From positions 3,488,001 to 3,552,000 of the forward strand of contig OZ240245.1 of the NCBI GenBank assembly GCA_965198175.1: a stretch of 64,000 nucleotides of DNA, read 5' to 3'. The stretch comes from Candidatus Poribacteria bacterium (GTDB lineage Bacteria; Poribacteria; WGA-4E; PCPOR2b). The notes beneath the pieces were generated by a model. The model was not told the origin of the DNA. It saw only the letters and a program-made list of their open reading frames with translations, and made no database searches. A program made the position numbers and the translations under genes. Shown here in pieces: positions 37,195 through 48,375 of this stretch. The number at the start of each line of letters is the position of its first letter. The first letter of the stretch is position 1.

Positions 37195-37677
37195 ATGGGC
37201 ATAATGAAGCACGAACGAGTTTCAATATTTAGCGTCAGCGCTAAAGAAACTGTGCGTTTATTGACAATCTTTGTTGGCATAACGACAGTTTACGCTATTG
37301 TTGTGATTTGTTACGCACTAATCGAACAGCCTTTCACATTAGAGACTGTATTTTCCATTACTTCACAAGTTTCACATGTTGTCCCTGTAGCCATTGTAAT
37401 TACACTATTCGTCGATTTAGGAGGTTATTATATGTCACTCCTGGGAAACTGGCGTAATCGAGAAATTATAGCTGAGGCTGAAGCAAGAGTTAATGACGAG
37501 TGGACAGAGTGGAATAAACAGAGAGTTGAAACCGAAGCTAAAGGGGAGATATTTAGCGAACCACATCCTGGCGGTGGGCGTGTCATGCATAGATCTAGTA
37601 AAAGCGGATCTACTCATGTGCACACGTCGGGAGGACGTAATGACGCTAAATCTACACATTCACATAAAGCTGGTTAA
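37195..37677 (+). CDS. Hypothetical membrane protein
   Basis: Two TM segments; followed by a terminator. Confidence 0.6.
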   Translation: MGIMKHERVSIFSVSAKETVRLLTIFVGITTVYAIVVICYALIEQPFTLETVFSITSQVSHVVPVAIVITLFVDLGGYYMSLLGNWRNREIIAEAEARVNDEWTEWNKQRVETEAKGEIFSEPHPGGGRVMHRSSKSGSTHVHTSGGRNDAKSTHSHKAG

Positions 37678-37703
37678 TCCTTTTTGCATCACCTCAAACC
37701 TTC

Positions 37704-37734
37704 AGCCGTTGGAATTTACCCAACGGCTTTTTTT
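37704..37734 (+). terminator. Intrinsic terminator
   Basis: AGCCGTTGG-loop-CCAACGGCT followed by a T-run. Confidence 0.8.
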
Positions 37735-38058
37735 GCCTAAGCAAATCACCCCAACAAACACAGTAATTCGATGCGATCTTCTCAAAACCCCAGTAAAAGA
37801 GAATAGATTGTCTAAGGAACACTTTTCCAAAGGGAGATAAGGAAAGATATGCGTTAGAGTTAAACCTAGCTCCTATAAAATGGCAATAGAATTGAAAGCT
37901 GTGTCACAATTATGAGCAGCGAAAACGAACAAGATGTTATAGACGCTTTTAATCACATAACCAACTTAATCCCATCAGGTTCAAAGACGGGCAACGAATT
38001 AAAGCATTGACAAACAATCGCCAGACAGAAATGACGGGAAATCACGGCTTACTTTTCA

Positions 38059-38428
38059 TCACTGAGCGGGACTGCAGCGTTTGCAAGCTGTGTATCCATC
38101 CTGTATCGCAGCACTCAATGAAATTCGACGTTTGCTTTTCTTCAACGAGTGACAATCTGCCCGATGATATTTCTTGCCTGTGTGCGTAACGTAGACTGTC
38201 TGATTTGAAATCAGCTTCACAGGCTTTGCCTTCCGTACTGCCGAAAAATTACCTCCGTCATCATCTTTATCAGTTCTGAAATCTGCCCAAATGGGACGGT
38301 GATCGCTTACTGCGAGAGAAGCCGCTTTATCGTTATTTCGGAAATCTGTTTCATCAAATCGGTCAATCCCACTCTTGCCCGTGTATTCGGTTACATGAAT
38401 GGACTGAAAAAAGATATTGTCATATAAG
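38059..38428 (-). pseudogene. 3' fragment of an endonuclease/exonuclease/phosphatase (DNase I-like) gene with a C-terminal Cys/His metal-binding domain, truncated by an IS
   Basis: LYDNIFF...SDHRPIW; VYVTHTGKKYHRADC...ACKRC. Confidence 0.75.
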
Positions 38429-39252
38429 CTAGGTTCTGTTGACATTTCAACGGAGCCAGATAAGCGTGGAGACAAAACTTAGAAATCCGAAATAGCGGAC
38501 AGCCAGCTTCTCGAAACGAGAGAAGATACGACGATACCATTTTATCTTGTTGATAAAACATTCAACCAGGTGTCTCTCTTTGTATAAATGTTTGTCATAT
38601 GTTCTTTGAGCGCCACGATTACGTCGAGGCGGTATCACCGCCGTCGCTCCATTCGCTTCAATAACGTCGATAAAACTGTCCGAATCGTATCCCTTGTCTC
38701 CAATTACATGCTCGCTGTTATAGCCAACTATCAACGCTTCGGCTTCAGCTATGTCGTGTCTCTGACCGGGAGTTAGCTGGAGTCTAAGCGGATTACCTAG
38801 TGCGTCAACTGTGATATGAATTTTTGTGCTAAAGCCGCCCCGAGAGCGTCCTAGCGCTTGGTTTTCAGCACCTCCGTTTTTTTTGAGGCTCCAGCCGCGC
38901 ATGGGTGAGCCCGGCAAATGGTAGTATCAATAATAAGCCACTCCATATCTGGGTCGGCGGTAAAGTAGCAGTGCATCTGTGAGAAGATTCCTTTGTCACA
39001 CCAGTTACTAAACCGCTTGTAAATGGAGTTCCAATTTCCATAGGCAGTTGGCAAGAGTCGCCATTGAGCACCGCTACGAGTCACCCACAGAAGGGCTTCG
39101 ACGAATCGTCGAGTAGCAGTTTCGTTGCGGACATAGATGTTGGAACAGCTTAGAAGAAACGGGTATATCTTTCTCCATTGGTCGTCAGGTAAAGTTATGG
39201 GCATCATTCTTCTATTATGCCAACCTTATAACCAAATGTCAACAGAACCTAG
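38429..39252 (-). mobile_element. IS5 family (IS427-like) insertion sequence
   Basis: Inverted ends CTAGGTTCTGTTGACATTT / AAATGTCAACAGAACCTAG enclosing a two-ORF transposase. Confidence 0.92.
38447..39207 (-). CDS. IS5 family transposase, orfA/orfB joined by a probable -1 frameshift
   Basis: orfA WRLLP.YGNWNSIYKRF, IDTT..RAH; orfB GRSRGGFSTKIH, GDKGYDS, YKERHLVECF; A8 tract at 38877-38884. Confidence 0.88.
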
Positions 39253-39261
39253 TAAAAGTGT

Positions 39262-39489
39262 CTAATTCACCTTGTGCCGAATTAAACTAATTCTTCCATG
39301 GTCAGGTTTATATTCGCCCAAGACTTTTTTTATGTTTTTCTCAATTTCCTTTACCTTATCCGAGTCTTTGAATGTCTGCACTAAAGATTTACCGTCTGTA
39401 TAATCCCTGTGTACAGTAATTTGGTTATCTCTATGTTCAATAGAGCGAATGGTAGCGTGCAATAGGTTAAGCGGAATCTCAATAGTCAT
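39262..39489 (-). CDS. Small hypothetical protein
   Basis: 75-aa ORF with purine-rich upstream sequence. Confidence 0.45.
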   Translation of the reverse strand: MTIEIPLNLLHATIRSIEHRDNQITVHRDYTDGKSLVQTFKDSDKVKEIEKNIKKVLGEYKPDHGRISLIRHKVN

Positions 39490-39692
39490 CCTTCCCGTAG
39501 TAATTTCCTCCTTTTCTTGGTTGTTTCGGATTTGGTGTCAGCTAAATCGCTATTAAGTGTAGCCATATCACCATCGCTGGTAGCAAATCACCCACCCCAG
39601 TTAGGGGGGAAAAGGTCTGCCATTTCATCATAAACAATCCAAGATAAACATTTCAAGAAATAGATGCCTTTGTTTCAAAAACGGCTTTTTAA

Positions 39693-40283
39693 CTATATCC
39701 TAAGCCACACGAGATTAACAGCATTCCCATCATTCGCGTTCAAGGAGATTGAAAGCATTTTCCCGTCCCATTTATAAAGACCGACAAAATTAAAAAATTT
39801 AAAATCGCTGTCTAAGTAAGACCCTATCACATCTCCGTCTGGTTCAACAGTGTAATAAGAGACATAAGTTTGTCCGTCAAGCGTTGTCTTCATTTTGTAT
39901 CCGTCAATGACTAAGCTTCCGCTTACTTGGGGTGGCGTTAGTTTAGTAAGCCCCTCGTCATTGCTCCAGACCTCAATCTCTACAAGCGTGTAGTTTCCCG
40001 ATAGCTCACTATACAGTCTTTCTAAATCCTTATCAATTTCGGGTTCAACTATTGGCGTGTCATGTTCATGCTCAACAAATTTAGGCTGGTGTTCATGACT
40101 GATTAACTCATGAACATGTTCAATAAATTCGTGACTATGTTGATGCTCATGTGTTTCTAGTGGGTGTTTGTGTTCAGCTAATTCATGCTCATGAGGCGCT
40201 TCGTTGTGTTCATGTTCGGTCAGCGGATGCTCATGGCTGCAACCCAAAAAACAAACTAGAAAAATGACAGAAATAAACTTCAT
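39693..40283 (-). CDS. Lipoprotein with His-rich HxH repeats and a C-terminal lipocalin-like domain
   Basis: AGGAG RBS; FLGC lipobox; HEH/HKH/HVH repeats; LSGNYTLV beta domain. Confidence 0.75.
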   Translation of the reverse strand: MKFISVIFLVCFLGCSHEHPLTEHEHNEAPHEHELAEHKHPLETHEHQHSHEFIEHVHELISHEHQPKFVEHEHDTPIVEPEIDKDLERLYSELSGNYTLVEIEVWSNDEGLTKLTPPQVSGSLVIDGYKMKTTLDGQTYVSYYTVEPDGDVIGSYLDSDFKFFNFVGLYKWDGKMLSISLNANDGNAVNLVWLRI

Positions 40284-40970
40284 TTTGTTCTCCTTTTCAA
40301 GGGTTAAATTACGCTTTACAGCGGTTCTTTACAGGATTAGACGATCGCCTCCTATTTATATCTCACTGTTACATATGAATAGGCGGGGAAATCTCAAAAG
40401 TATTCGATCTTGATGAATATCAGCAATCCTGAAAATAAAATTTATACACCGTCCCCTGAGAAACCCCAGAAGCCTGTTATAAACGCATTCAATTTTTGAT
40501 TTTATTTTCAGCCCCAAATTATACTTACGATTGAGATGTCAAAAAGCTGCGAAACCCAGTCATAGAGCGGATATATTGTATAAAATATGTCCTGACCAAC
40601 GAGCCGCTGCAATGAGATTAGATTTCGATTCTTGTTTTAAATTCCTTTAGCAATTGAGACGGAAATTGGATATAATTCTCCTCGTTTGGATAGGGCATAA
40701 CAGATTTTCTTTTAGAGAGATTGAACCTTTTTTGAAACGATAGCCTCTATCTTGACCGATTTCAGTTATGGGCACTCTTCATAAACCCAGGGTATTTGCT
40801 TGTACTTTGAGGGGTGGCAAGAAATAAACGAACAAGCACGCAAGAGCTTCGTGAGGAAACTGTAGGGTTTTAATGAAGTTATTGCGACTTCATGATGTTG
40901 AATGCTCGATTTTGAGCATAACTCTTGTGTACGGCAAATTCCAGACATTTGTTGAGAACCGACTGACTGT

Positions 40971-42122
40971 ATGAAAATCCTTCAACTAGCAGCGATGCAG
41001 ATACGTACATTTCTCTATGGCGTCATCACTGGAAGGCGAATGGGTATTGCGTCCGCCGTTATCCGGGGTGTGCTGACACCGTTAAGTTGGCTTTACAGCG
41101 TTGCTGTTAGGCTTCGGAACGGATTGTACAGTTCAGGAATCCTTACGGTGAAACGTTTACCCTGTCCCGTAATCAGCGTGGGGAACATCGTTGCTGGCGG
41201 CACCGGTAAAACGCCAACGGCAATTTGGATTGCCAAGCATCTTCAAGCTGAGGGATATCGTGTGGGGATATTGCTGCGCGGCTATCACCGACAAAGTCGG
41301 ACAGCAATGACAGTCGTATCGGACGGCAATCAGATTTGCGGCTCCATTGAGGAAAGCGGTGACGAGGCGATAATGATTGCTCGCACTGTACCCGGGTGCA
41401 TCGTCATCGTTAGCAAAGATCGCTACGCCGCTGGGTGTGCCGCCATTCGGATGTGGGGCGAATCGCCGGGGATACTGATCTTGGATGACGGCTTCCAGCA
41501 TCGTCGCCTAAAACGCGATCTCGACATCATTACGGTGGACAGCACACAACCTTTTGGCACAGGCACACTACTACCGGCAGGTACACTGAGAGAGCCGCGC
41601 TCCGCGTTGAAACGCGCGGGCATCGTGTTACTCACACGCACCCAGCGACAGGATCCGACTTTTCAGCGTACAAAACCTTCTGCTCCGGAAAGTTCCGTAC
41701 TTGAGGGAATCGTGGATCAGCAAAAGATCTACGAAAGTCGTCACCGTCCAACGACACTTTTCGAATTGGAATCGAAGCATCTTGCCCCGCTTGATCGACT
41801 ACGCGGACAGTGTGTACTCGCCGTGTGCGGTATCGGTGCCCCCGGCGCCTTCGCCGAAACGCTCCGCCAACACGACGCCCAGCAGGTAACGCTCCTCGCA
41901 TTCCCCGACCACCATCACTACTGCTCAGAAGACTTTAGGCAGATTCGTACTCGAGCCGATGAGATTGGCGCAGATCTGATTGTGACCACCGAGAAGGATG
42001 CGCAACAAATGACCGGTTTCGAAGGGTTGCAGTTCTTTGTGTTAGCGGTTACCCTGGAGATTACCAAGAATCAGATGGGGTTCAGCGAGCGATTGATGCA
42101 GACGATACATCTGCCAACCTAA
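40971..42122 (+). CDS. lpxK: Tetraacyldisaccharide 4'-kinase
   Basis: VISVGNIVAGGTGKTP, LDDGFQH, FPDHH, TTEKD. Confidence 0.95.
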   Translation: MKILQLAAMQIRTFLYGVITGRRMGIASAVIRGVLTPLSWLYSVAVRLRNGLYSSGILTVKRLPCPVISVGNIVAGGTGKTPTAIWIAKHLQAEGYRVGILLRGYHRQSRTAMTVVSDGNQICGSIEESGDEAIMIARTVPGCIVIVSKDRYAAGCAAIRMWGESPGILILDDGFQHRRLKRDLDIITVDSTQPFGTGTLLPAGTLREPRSALKRAGIVLLTRTQRQDPTFQRTKPSAPESSVLEGIVDQQKIYESRHRPTTLFELESKHLAPLDRLRGQCVLAVCGIGAPGAFAETLRQHDAQQVTLLAFPDHHHYCSEDFRQIRTRADEIGADLIVTTEKDAQQMTGFEGLQFFVLAVTLEITKNQMGFSERLMQTIHLPT

Positions 42123-42256
42123 GTAAGACAGAACCTCTCTCCCAGATAGAGGAGTAAGGCACAACTATGAACTCGACATCTATCCCAAATTGTGATAGGC
42201 TACGGCTTTAGGGGCAAAAACCAAACACCCGAATGTGTACAAGGAGGCGAAAGGTT

Positions 42257-42574
42257 ATGTATGTTATCATCGCACCAATTCAGATTAAGGATGGGCACAA
42301 AAATGCGTTCATAGAAGCGATGTTGGACGACGCCAAAGGATCTGTGAATGATGAACCTGGCTGTCTGAGATTTGATGTGATTCAAGATGGTGCCGACCCG
42401 AATCGGATCTGGCTCTACGAGGTTTATGTAGATGAGGCAGCGTTTGCAGCGCATCGCCAAGCCCCTCACTTCATTAAGTGGCGAAATACCGTGAAGGACT
42501 GGCTCGATGAAGGACCCAAGGGCGCTGGGTTGGGAAGTTCCAACATTTGGCCGACAGACGACGACTTGAAATAG
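42257..42574 (+). CDS. ABM/LsrG-like putative quinol monooxygenase
   Basis: EPGCLRFDV, LYEVY.D..AF.AH...PHF; AGGAGG upstream. Confidence 0.88.
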   Translation: MYVIIAPIQIKDGHKNAFIEAMLDDAKGSVNDEPGCLRFDVIQDGADPNRIWLYEVYVDEAAFAAHRQAPHFIKWRNTVKDWLDEGPKGAGLGSSNIWPTDDDLK

Positions 42575-42762
42575 ACACGAAGTTAAGCGTGGCGAAGATT
42601 GACACTTTAGACCGCGTCTTGTATCAAAGGTTGTTCTTCGGCATCAAGATTGCTGCCAAGGTTTTCACTAGTGTTCATCCACGGACCCCGTCCGATAAAC
42701 GCAAGATTATGATGAAGACATTTCAACTCAATCGCGGCAATCTTCGTTGACTTCTTAGCACG

Positions 42763-43710
42763 TCAGCTCTTTAGAACGCGGACCGCGCTTTGAGTTTGAG
42801 ACAGAAGGTTGTCCACAGCCTGATCTATTGATTCAAACTGGGAAAGGTCAATCCATTGAATCCGCGCATCGTTGCGAAACCATGTCAACTGTCGCTTCGC
42901 TAGGCGACGGGTGTTCTTTTTGAGCAGCGTGATTGCCTCGTCGAGCGATTGCTTTCCGTCAAGATACTCAACGATTTCCTTGTATCCGAAACTCTGGATA
43001 GCAACACAATTACGGGGACAACCTCCAGCTAATAGCCCTTTTACCTCTCCGATCAGTCCTCTTTCTAGCATCCGATCCACACGCGTTTCAACTCGACGAT
43101 AGAGGCAATCTTTCGGCAGATAGAGTCCAAAAGCGTGGAACGGGTTACGCGGCACAGAACGCTTCCACTGCCGTTGAAATGACGAAATTGGTTTTCCTGT
43201 CAATTCATAGATCTCTAGCGCACGAATCACTCTCACGAGGTTGTTGGGATGGATGCGATTTGCGGATTCCGGATCGCAGCGGTGAAGGCGTTCATGTAGA
43301 TCTGTTGTACCGTGTTCCTTTGTCTCTTGCTTAAGTCTAGCTCGGATTTCTGCATCTGCGCCAGGTCCCTCAAAGAGCCCATCAACCAAAGCGCGAAAAT
43401 ACAAGCCTGCCCCTCCGACAATCAGGGGCTGTTTCCCCCGTCTACAGATGTCCTCAATCGCTGCATCAGCCGACCGTTGATAGTCCGCAGCAGAGAAAGG
43501 TCGATCAACATCTACGCAATCAATGAGATGATGTGGCACAGCGTGTTGTTGTTCGGAAGTTGGTTTTGCAGTACCGATGTCCATTTGCCGATAGACTTGC
43601 CGCGAATCCAACGAGACGATTTCGGCATGAATGCACTGCGCTAGGCGAATCGAGATTTCCGTTTTACCAACAGCAGTTGGGCCAACGATGCAAATCAGTG
43701 GAGACTTCAT
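42763..43710 (-). CDS. miaA: tRNA dimethylallyltransferase
   Basis: GPTAVGKT, DSRQVY..MDIGTAKP, AKRQLTWF. Confidence 0.97.
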   Translation of the reverse strand: MKSPLICIVGPTAVGKTEISIRLAQCIHAEIVSLDSRQVYRQMDIGTAKPTSEQQHAVPHHLIDCVDVDRPFSAADYQRSADAAIEDICRRGKQPLIVGGAGLYFRALVDGLFEGPGADAEIRARLKQETKEHGTTDLHERLHRCDPESANRIHPNNLVRVIRALEIYELTGKPISSFQRQWKRSVPRNPFHAFGLYLPKDCLYRRVETRVDRMLERGLIGEVKGLLAGGCPRNCVAIQSFGYKEIVEYLDGKQSLDEAITLLKKNTRRLAKRQLTWFRNDARIQWIDLSQFESIDQAVDNLLSQTQSAVRVLKS

Positions 43711-43770
43711 AAGTGAGACGCGATACGTGATCTGTAAATTCTAATTTTCGCTTCGCCTTCTTCTAGTTCG

Positions 43771-44601
43771 TTAATCCCCATCTCTCAGATTTTCAAGCAG
43801 TTCCTTGGCTTTAATCAAATCCTGGATCTGCTGATCGCCAGAAATCTCTCGCTCAATCGTCAATGGTCCTGCGTAGCCAATCTCTTTAAGTTTGTCAATA
43901 AACCGATCCATTCGAACATCACCTTCACCAAGCGGCGTTTCGACCCCCAATTTATGTTCTTCTGTAGGCCATTTCCCGTCCTTGCAGTGCACACTCACGA
44001 TGAAGTCCTTGAGTAGTTCAAGGGCTTCAATCGGTTCGCCAGAACCATAAAGAATCATGTTTGCCGGATCAAAGTTGACCTTCACATTGCCTCGATTGAC
44101 ATCTTTCAAAAATCGGAGTAATGACGGTGCAGTTTCTTGTCCTGTTTCCAGCGAAAAAATTTGTCCGTTTCGCTTCACATAGTCGGAAATCTCTTGAATT
44201 GCTTTCACCATCTCCGTGTAAAGTGGATCGGTAGGACTTTCTGGGATGAAGCCAGCATGGGCTGCAATTTGCCCCACGCCAAGATTCTTGGCGAAATCGG
44301 AGATTCGCTTTGTTTTTGCGAGGCGTTCAGTGCGATAATCGGCGGGCAGATAGCCAACGGTTCGCTTCACGGTTGGTATATCTGCATAGCTTTCCCCTGC
44401 GAAGCCACAGAACACCGTCGTAATCGTGATACCAGAGACCGCGATTGACTGCTTTAGCTTTTCTTGTGGATCGGGCACGAAGTACCGGTCAGGGGGACAG
44501 CCCATTTGGACGTTATCTACACCAATGGTTTTTACTTTTTCCAAGCTCGTGTCGGGGTCATCGCCAACACCTAGCATAATCCCAACAGACATCGGTTGCA
44601 T
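43771..44601 (-). CDS. Sugar phosphate isomerase/epimerase (xylose isomerase-like TIM barrel)
   Basis: LETG, NFDPAN, VHCKD, LTIERE. Confidence 0.88.
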   Translation of the reverse strand: MQPMSVGIMLGVGDDPDTSLEKVKTIGVDNVQMGCPPDRYFVPDPQEKLKQSIAVSGITITTVFCGFAGESYADIPTVKRTVGYLPADYRTERLAKTKRISDFAKNLGVGQIAAHAGFIPESPTDPLYTEMVKAIQEISDYVKRNGQIFSLETGQETAPSLLRFLKDVNRGNVKVNFDPANMILYGSGEPIEALELLKDFIVSVHCKDGKWPTEEHKLGVETPLGEGDVRMDRFIDKLKEIGYAGPLTIEREISGDQQIQDLIKAKELLENLRDGD

Positions 44602-44714
44602 GTGAATGATCCTCCTTGAAATCTGTTATGTGTTATAAACTTAACTTTGAAAATTTGAGCAGAAATGTCGAAAGACTCTCATCATTCATTCGCGGATTAA
44701 CCAAATCGTCCAGG

Positions 44715-45731
44715 TTATCCGCTGACGACATGACACGCGACTTCATGCCCAGGCTCGACTTGGACGAGGTGTTGCAGCCGAGCCGCACAGTCAGCTTGAG
44801 CAATTGGGCATCGAGGGTGGAATCGACAGCCTGATGGCACATCTGCTGGATTAGGCGTATCTCCTTTCAAAATGATGCGGCTACGGGAGGTTTTCGGATC
44901 TGGAATGGGAATAGCGGATAACAGCGCTTGTGTGTACGGGTGTTTTGGATTTTTATACAACCGCTCTTTATCCGTAATTTCGACAATTTGACCCAGATAC
45001 ATCACGGCGACACGGTGACTGATATGCCGCACAACACTAAGATCGTGTGAGATGAAGATGTAGCTTAAATCAAAACGAATCTGCAGTTCTTGCAGCAGGT
45101 TGATGACTTGGGATTGGACAGACACATCAAGCGCCGAGACAGGTTCATCAGCAATGATTAGATCTGGCTCCACCGCCAAAGCCCGCGCAATGCCGATACG
45201 CTGTCGCTGCCCACCGCTGAACTCATGCGGATACCGATGCATATGACCGGAATGCAGTCCAACGAGTCCAAGAAGTTCGCGGACGCGATTTTCCCGCCTC
45301 GCTTTCGACACAATTTGGTGAATCTTCAACGGTTCGCCAAGAATTCGCTCTGCTGTCATGCGCGGGTTCAGCGAACCGTAAGGGTCCTGGAAGATTAACT
45401 GAATATGGCGCCTGAGCTGACGTAAATCCGACTTGTTGAGGTCGAAGATGCGATAGTGGTCATGAGCGACTCGTTGCTTTTGGGGATGAATGTACATTTC
45501 CGCTTCGCCGGCAGTTGGTGTGATTAAACGCGCCAACAGTCGCCCGATAGTTGTTTTTCCGCACCCACTTTCACCAACAAGCCCAAGCGTTTCACCTCGC
45601 TTCACAGTAAGGTTCACTCCATCGACCGCCTTCACTAATTTGCGCGTGTGCTGGAGCATCCCTGTTTTAACCGGGTAATGTTTTCTAAGTCCTCTAGCCG
45701 TGAGGAGAAGATCCGCGGTAGTTTCTTCCAT
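44715..45731 (-). CDS. Oligopeptide/dipeptide ABC transporter ATP-binding protein (OppF-like)
   Basis: [31 protein letters not shown]. Confidence 0.93.
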   Translation of the reverse strand: MEETTADLLLTARGLRKHYPVKTGMLQHTRKLVKAVDGVNLTVKRGETLGLVGESGCGKTTIGRLLARLITPTAGEAEMYIHPQKQRVAHDHYRIFDLNKSDLRQLRRHIQLIFQDPYGSLNPRMTAERILGEPLKIHQIVSKARRENRVRELLGLVGLHSGHMHRYPHEFSGGQRQRIGIARALAVEPDLIIADEPVSALDVSVQSQVINLLQELQIRFDLSYIFISHDLSVVRHISHRVAVMYLGQIVEITDKERLYKNPKHPYTQALLSAIPIPDPKTSRSRIILKGDTPNPADVPSGCRFHPRCPIAQADCAARLQHLVQVEPGHEVACHVVSG

Positions 45732-45759
45732 GTTGCCGCTTCGTTCCACTCTCTTTTTT

Positions 45760-46464
45760 TCAATTGATTGCCATTGCACAGCGAAACCCAAAATCACTGA
45801 ACTGTTTATCAGGCGCAAGACTGCTGCGTGCCGCGCAGCGGGCGAAACGGATGCGATGCCGCCATGACCCTCCACGTGCTACTCGCCGGCTCCCATGCGT
45901 GGGACCTATTGGATTTTGAGTCGGTGAGATGATATAATAGGAAGTATCGTACCAGTCTGCACACCATTCGTGGACGCCTTCCGACGTATTGTACAGACCA
46001 TAGCCATTGGGGCCGTCGGTTCCAATGAGAAAATGTGGGGCATTTCGTCCACCTTGGTGATCTGACGGCAGCCCATCTCCCCATGGATACTCACATCCTT
46101 CCAACCCACCCCGCGCTGCCTTTTCGCGTTCCGCCTCCGTCGGCAGGCGATACGCCTTACATGTAAAATCCCGCAACCATTCACAATAAGCAACAGCATC
46201 ATACCAACTTGGTCCAACAACCGGCTGATTTTCTTCCTGAAATTTGGGATCTCCCCAAAACCGGGGCGGTGTATGCCCTGTCATCTGCAGAAAGATTGCA
46301 TACTCGCGGTTCGTCACAGGGTATTTGGCAATTGCGAACGCATCAACCCATGCACAATGAATCGGTGATTCGTTGGTTGCACCACTTGCACTCCCCATGA
46401 GAAAATCGCCTTTAGGGATGGCGACCATATCGGGCTCAATGGATTTCGGATTTTGCACTGGCAC
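45760..46464 (-). CDS. Formylglycine-generating enzyme (FGE-sulfatase/SUMF1) domain protein
   Basis: [31 protein letters not shown]. Confidence 0.9.
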   Translation of the reverse strand: MPVQNPKSIEPDMVAIPKGDFLMGSASGATNESPIHCAWVDAFAIAKYPVTNREYAIFLQMTGHTPPRFWGDPKFQEENQPVVGPSWYDAVAYCEWLRDFTCKAYRLPTEAEREKAARGGLEGCEYPWGDGLPSDHQGGRNAPHFLIGTDGPNGYGLYNTSEGVHEWCADWYDTSYYIISPTQNPIGPTHGSRRVARGGSWRHRIRFARCAARSSLAPDKQFSDFGFRCAMAIN

Positions 46465-46597
46465 CTTCTATTTCGTTGGGCGGTAATTCCGTTTTCGCCC
46501 CATCCATTTGCCGTGACAACTTGTCCCGATACAAGCCATTATAGCACTCGTTCGGTTGGGTGTCAACTCCCTTACATTCCGTGGACGCTTTCGATTC

Positions 46598-47092
46598 TTA
46601 CTGCACGAATTCTCCCGGTCGCCACAAATTAATTAACTTACCTGTCGTTTCATGATTGAGTTCTCGCCATTGGGCAAGCGGCAACAAAACCAGAGCTAAA
46701 GTAGCGGTGGGAATAAGCTCCATCCTTCCTATCAATATTCCTAGTAACTCTTCCATACCGGGATTATGACCCACGAGCATGACCCGCTGATAATCGTCGG
46801 ATAGATGGGATAAAACTTCGATGTATGTTCTTGGACCAGCGTGGTAAAAGGCCGGCGTCAATTCAACTTCACCTGCGTAACCACAAGTCTTGGCGACGAT
46901 TTTAGCCGTTTTTCGGGCACGTTTGGCTGTTGAACTCATTATCAGGTCGGGTACCAACCCTTTATCACGAACAATCCCACCTATACGTGGTGCGTCTTGC
47001 TTGCCACGTTTGTTGAGTGGTCGGTCATGATCCGGTAGTTCTGGGTGTTTCCAACTCGACTTCGCATGACGTAAAAGCAGTAATGTCTTCAT
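46598..47092 (-). CDS. SixA-like histidine phosphatase
   Basis: LRHAKS, RPL..RG, VGHNP. Confidence 0.9.
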   Translation of the reverse strand: MKTLLLLRHAKSSWKHPELPDHDRPLNKRGKQDAPRIGGIVRDKGLVPDLIMSSTAKRARKTAKIVAKTCGYAGEVELTPAFYHAGPRTYIEVLSHLSDDYQRVMLVGHNPGMEELLGILIGRMELIPTATLALVLLPLAQWRELNHETTGKLINLWRPGEFVQ

Positions 47093-47575
47093 GTAATACT
47101 CCCGTGCACAATGCGTAGCTAGCGGATAACAGATTCTCCCTACGCATCACTATGTCACATATTGACTTGTTGATTTGTCAACGATCAACATCTTAGCAAT
47201 TGAAGCGACTGGGTTGTTATTGGGGTAAAGGGGTTCCTATTTTCTGGACGGATTCATCCAGGTGAACCGAGTTAATGGGCGACCTTTAACAACAATAGTT
47301 GTATGTTACCTCAGAATTGCGCAATTCTTCAAGAGCAAAATGCGGTCTCCAAGACATGGAAAAAATAATCTTATGACTTCACATTTGTTTCTCTTTTCTG
47401 TTGTGATAATCCGCTAAGAGATAGGTATATGCCGAGATTAGATAACATCTCTCAAATAGATGAAATGCCAAAATTCCTTGTCCTAACTCTATCCAACATG
47501 ATATACTAATCTACTCTTTTCTAGTGTGCATACTAGTCTTAAGATAAGGAAAACTGATTTCACGCAATTCCCTAT

Positions 47576-48292
47576 ATGAATGGATTCCATCAGATTAGTT
47601 GGCTCATTCGCAAGGATCTCGCACTGCAATTTCGCACGAAGGATACGCTGGTCTTAATTTTCGTATTCAGCGTACTGGTTGTACTCATTTTCATTTTTGC
47701 TTTCGGATCTATATTTCCCGAGGATGCTCATGAGCACGGAAAACTCGCTGCCAGCACGCTGTGGGCCGCTTTTGCGTTCGCAGGTATCATTACGCTCAAC
47801 CGATCCTTCGAGATTGAACGTGCCGACGGCGCTTTGCATGGGATAAGACTAACAGGGATTAATCCGAGCAATTTCTACCTCTCCAAGGTCGTGAGCAACT
47901 TGGTTCTCCTTACGACGCTAGAAGTCATTGTCACCTTAATTGCGCTACAATTTTTGGATGTATTTGATACCTTACCGGCAGATTTACAGGAAAAGCTCCC
48001 TCAGATACTGCTGAAGCTAATGGGTGTTCTTGCAATCAGCACACTGGGTTTCTGTGCAGTAGGTGTAGTCGTATCGGGCATTTCTACCAGCACACATGGT
48101 AATGAAAGCCTACTTTCCGTGATTCTGCTGCCACTGATTCTTCCCATCATCATGGCCGGGGCAAAATGCACCGTCTCCCTGTTGACAATCGGTGCACTAA
48201 AAGGGACGTTTTGGATTACACTGTTAGTTGTCTATAGCCTTGTATTTCTGGTGAGTTCTTATCTTCTCTTTGAGTTCGTGATTGAAGAGTGA
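47576..48292 (+). CDS. ccmB: Heme exporter protein B
   Basis: KDL....R, F..E...G.L, LL.VILLPL..P; adjacent to ccmC. Confidence 0.85.
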   Translation: MNGFHQISWLIRKDLALQFRTKDTLVLIFVFSVLVVLIFIFAFGSIFPEDAHEHGKLAASTLWAAFAFAGIITLNRSFEIERADGALHGIRLTGINPSNFYLSKVVSNLVLLTTLEVIVTLIALQFLDVFDTLPADLQEKLPQILLKLMGVLAISTLGFCAVGVVVSGISTSTHGNESLLSVILLPLILPIIMAGAKCTVSLLTIGALKGTFWITLLVVYSLVFLVSSYLLFEFVIEE

Positions 48293-48375
48293 CAATTTCT
48301 AATATGTGGGATGTAAAACCTAGCGATAATCATACACAGCACGGAGAATGTTTTACGTAAAATGAAATTCATCAA

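Larger units (their letters stand above)
31383..40587. mobile_element. AT-rich genomic island / phage-related element bounded by a 15-bp direct repeat
   Basis: ATATTGTATAAAATA at 31383-31397 and 40573-40587; phage and orphan genes inside, housekeeping genes outside. Confidence 0.6.

Noticed and set aside
34300..40300. Integron cassette array
   Set aside because: No intI and no convincing paired RYYYAAC/GTTRRRY attC sites; the genes carry their own promoters
45732..45875. N-terminal extension of the OppF-like ORF
   Set aside because: It overlaps the FGE-domain gene; ATG 45731 fits the family start
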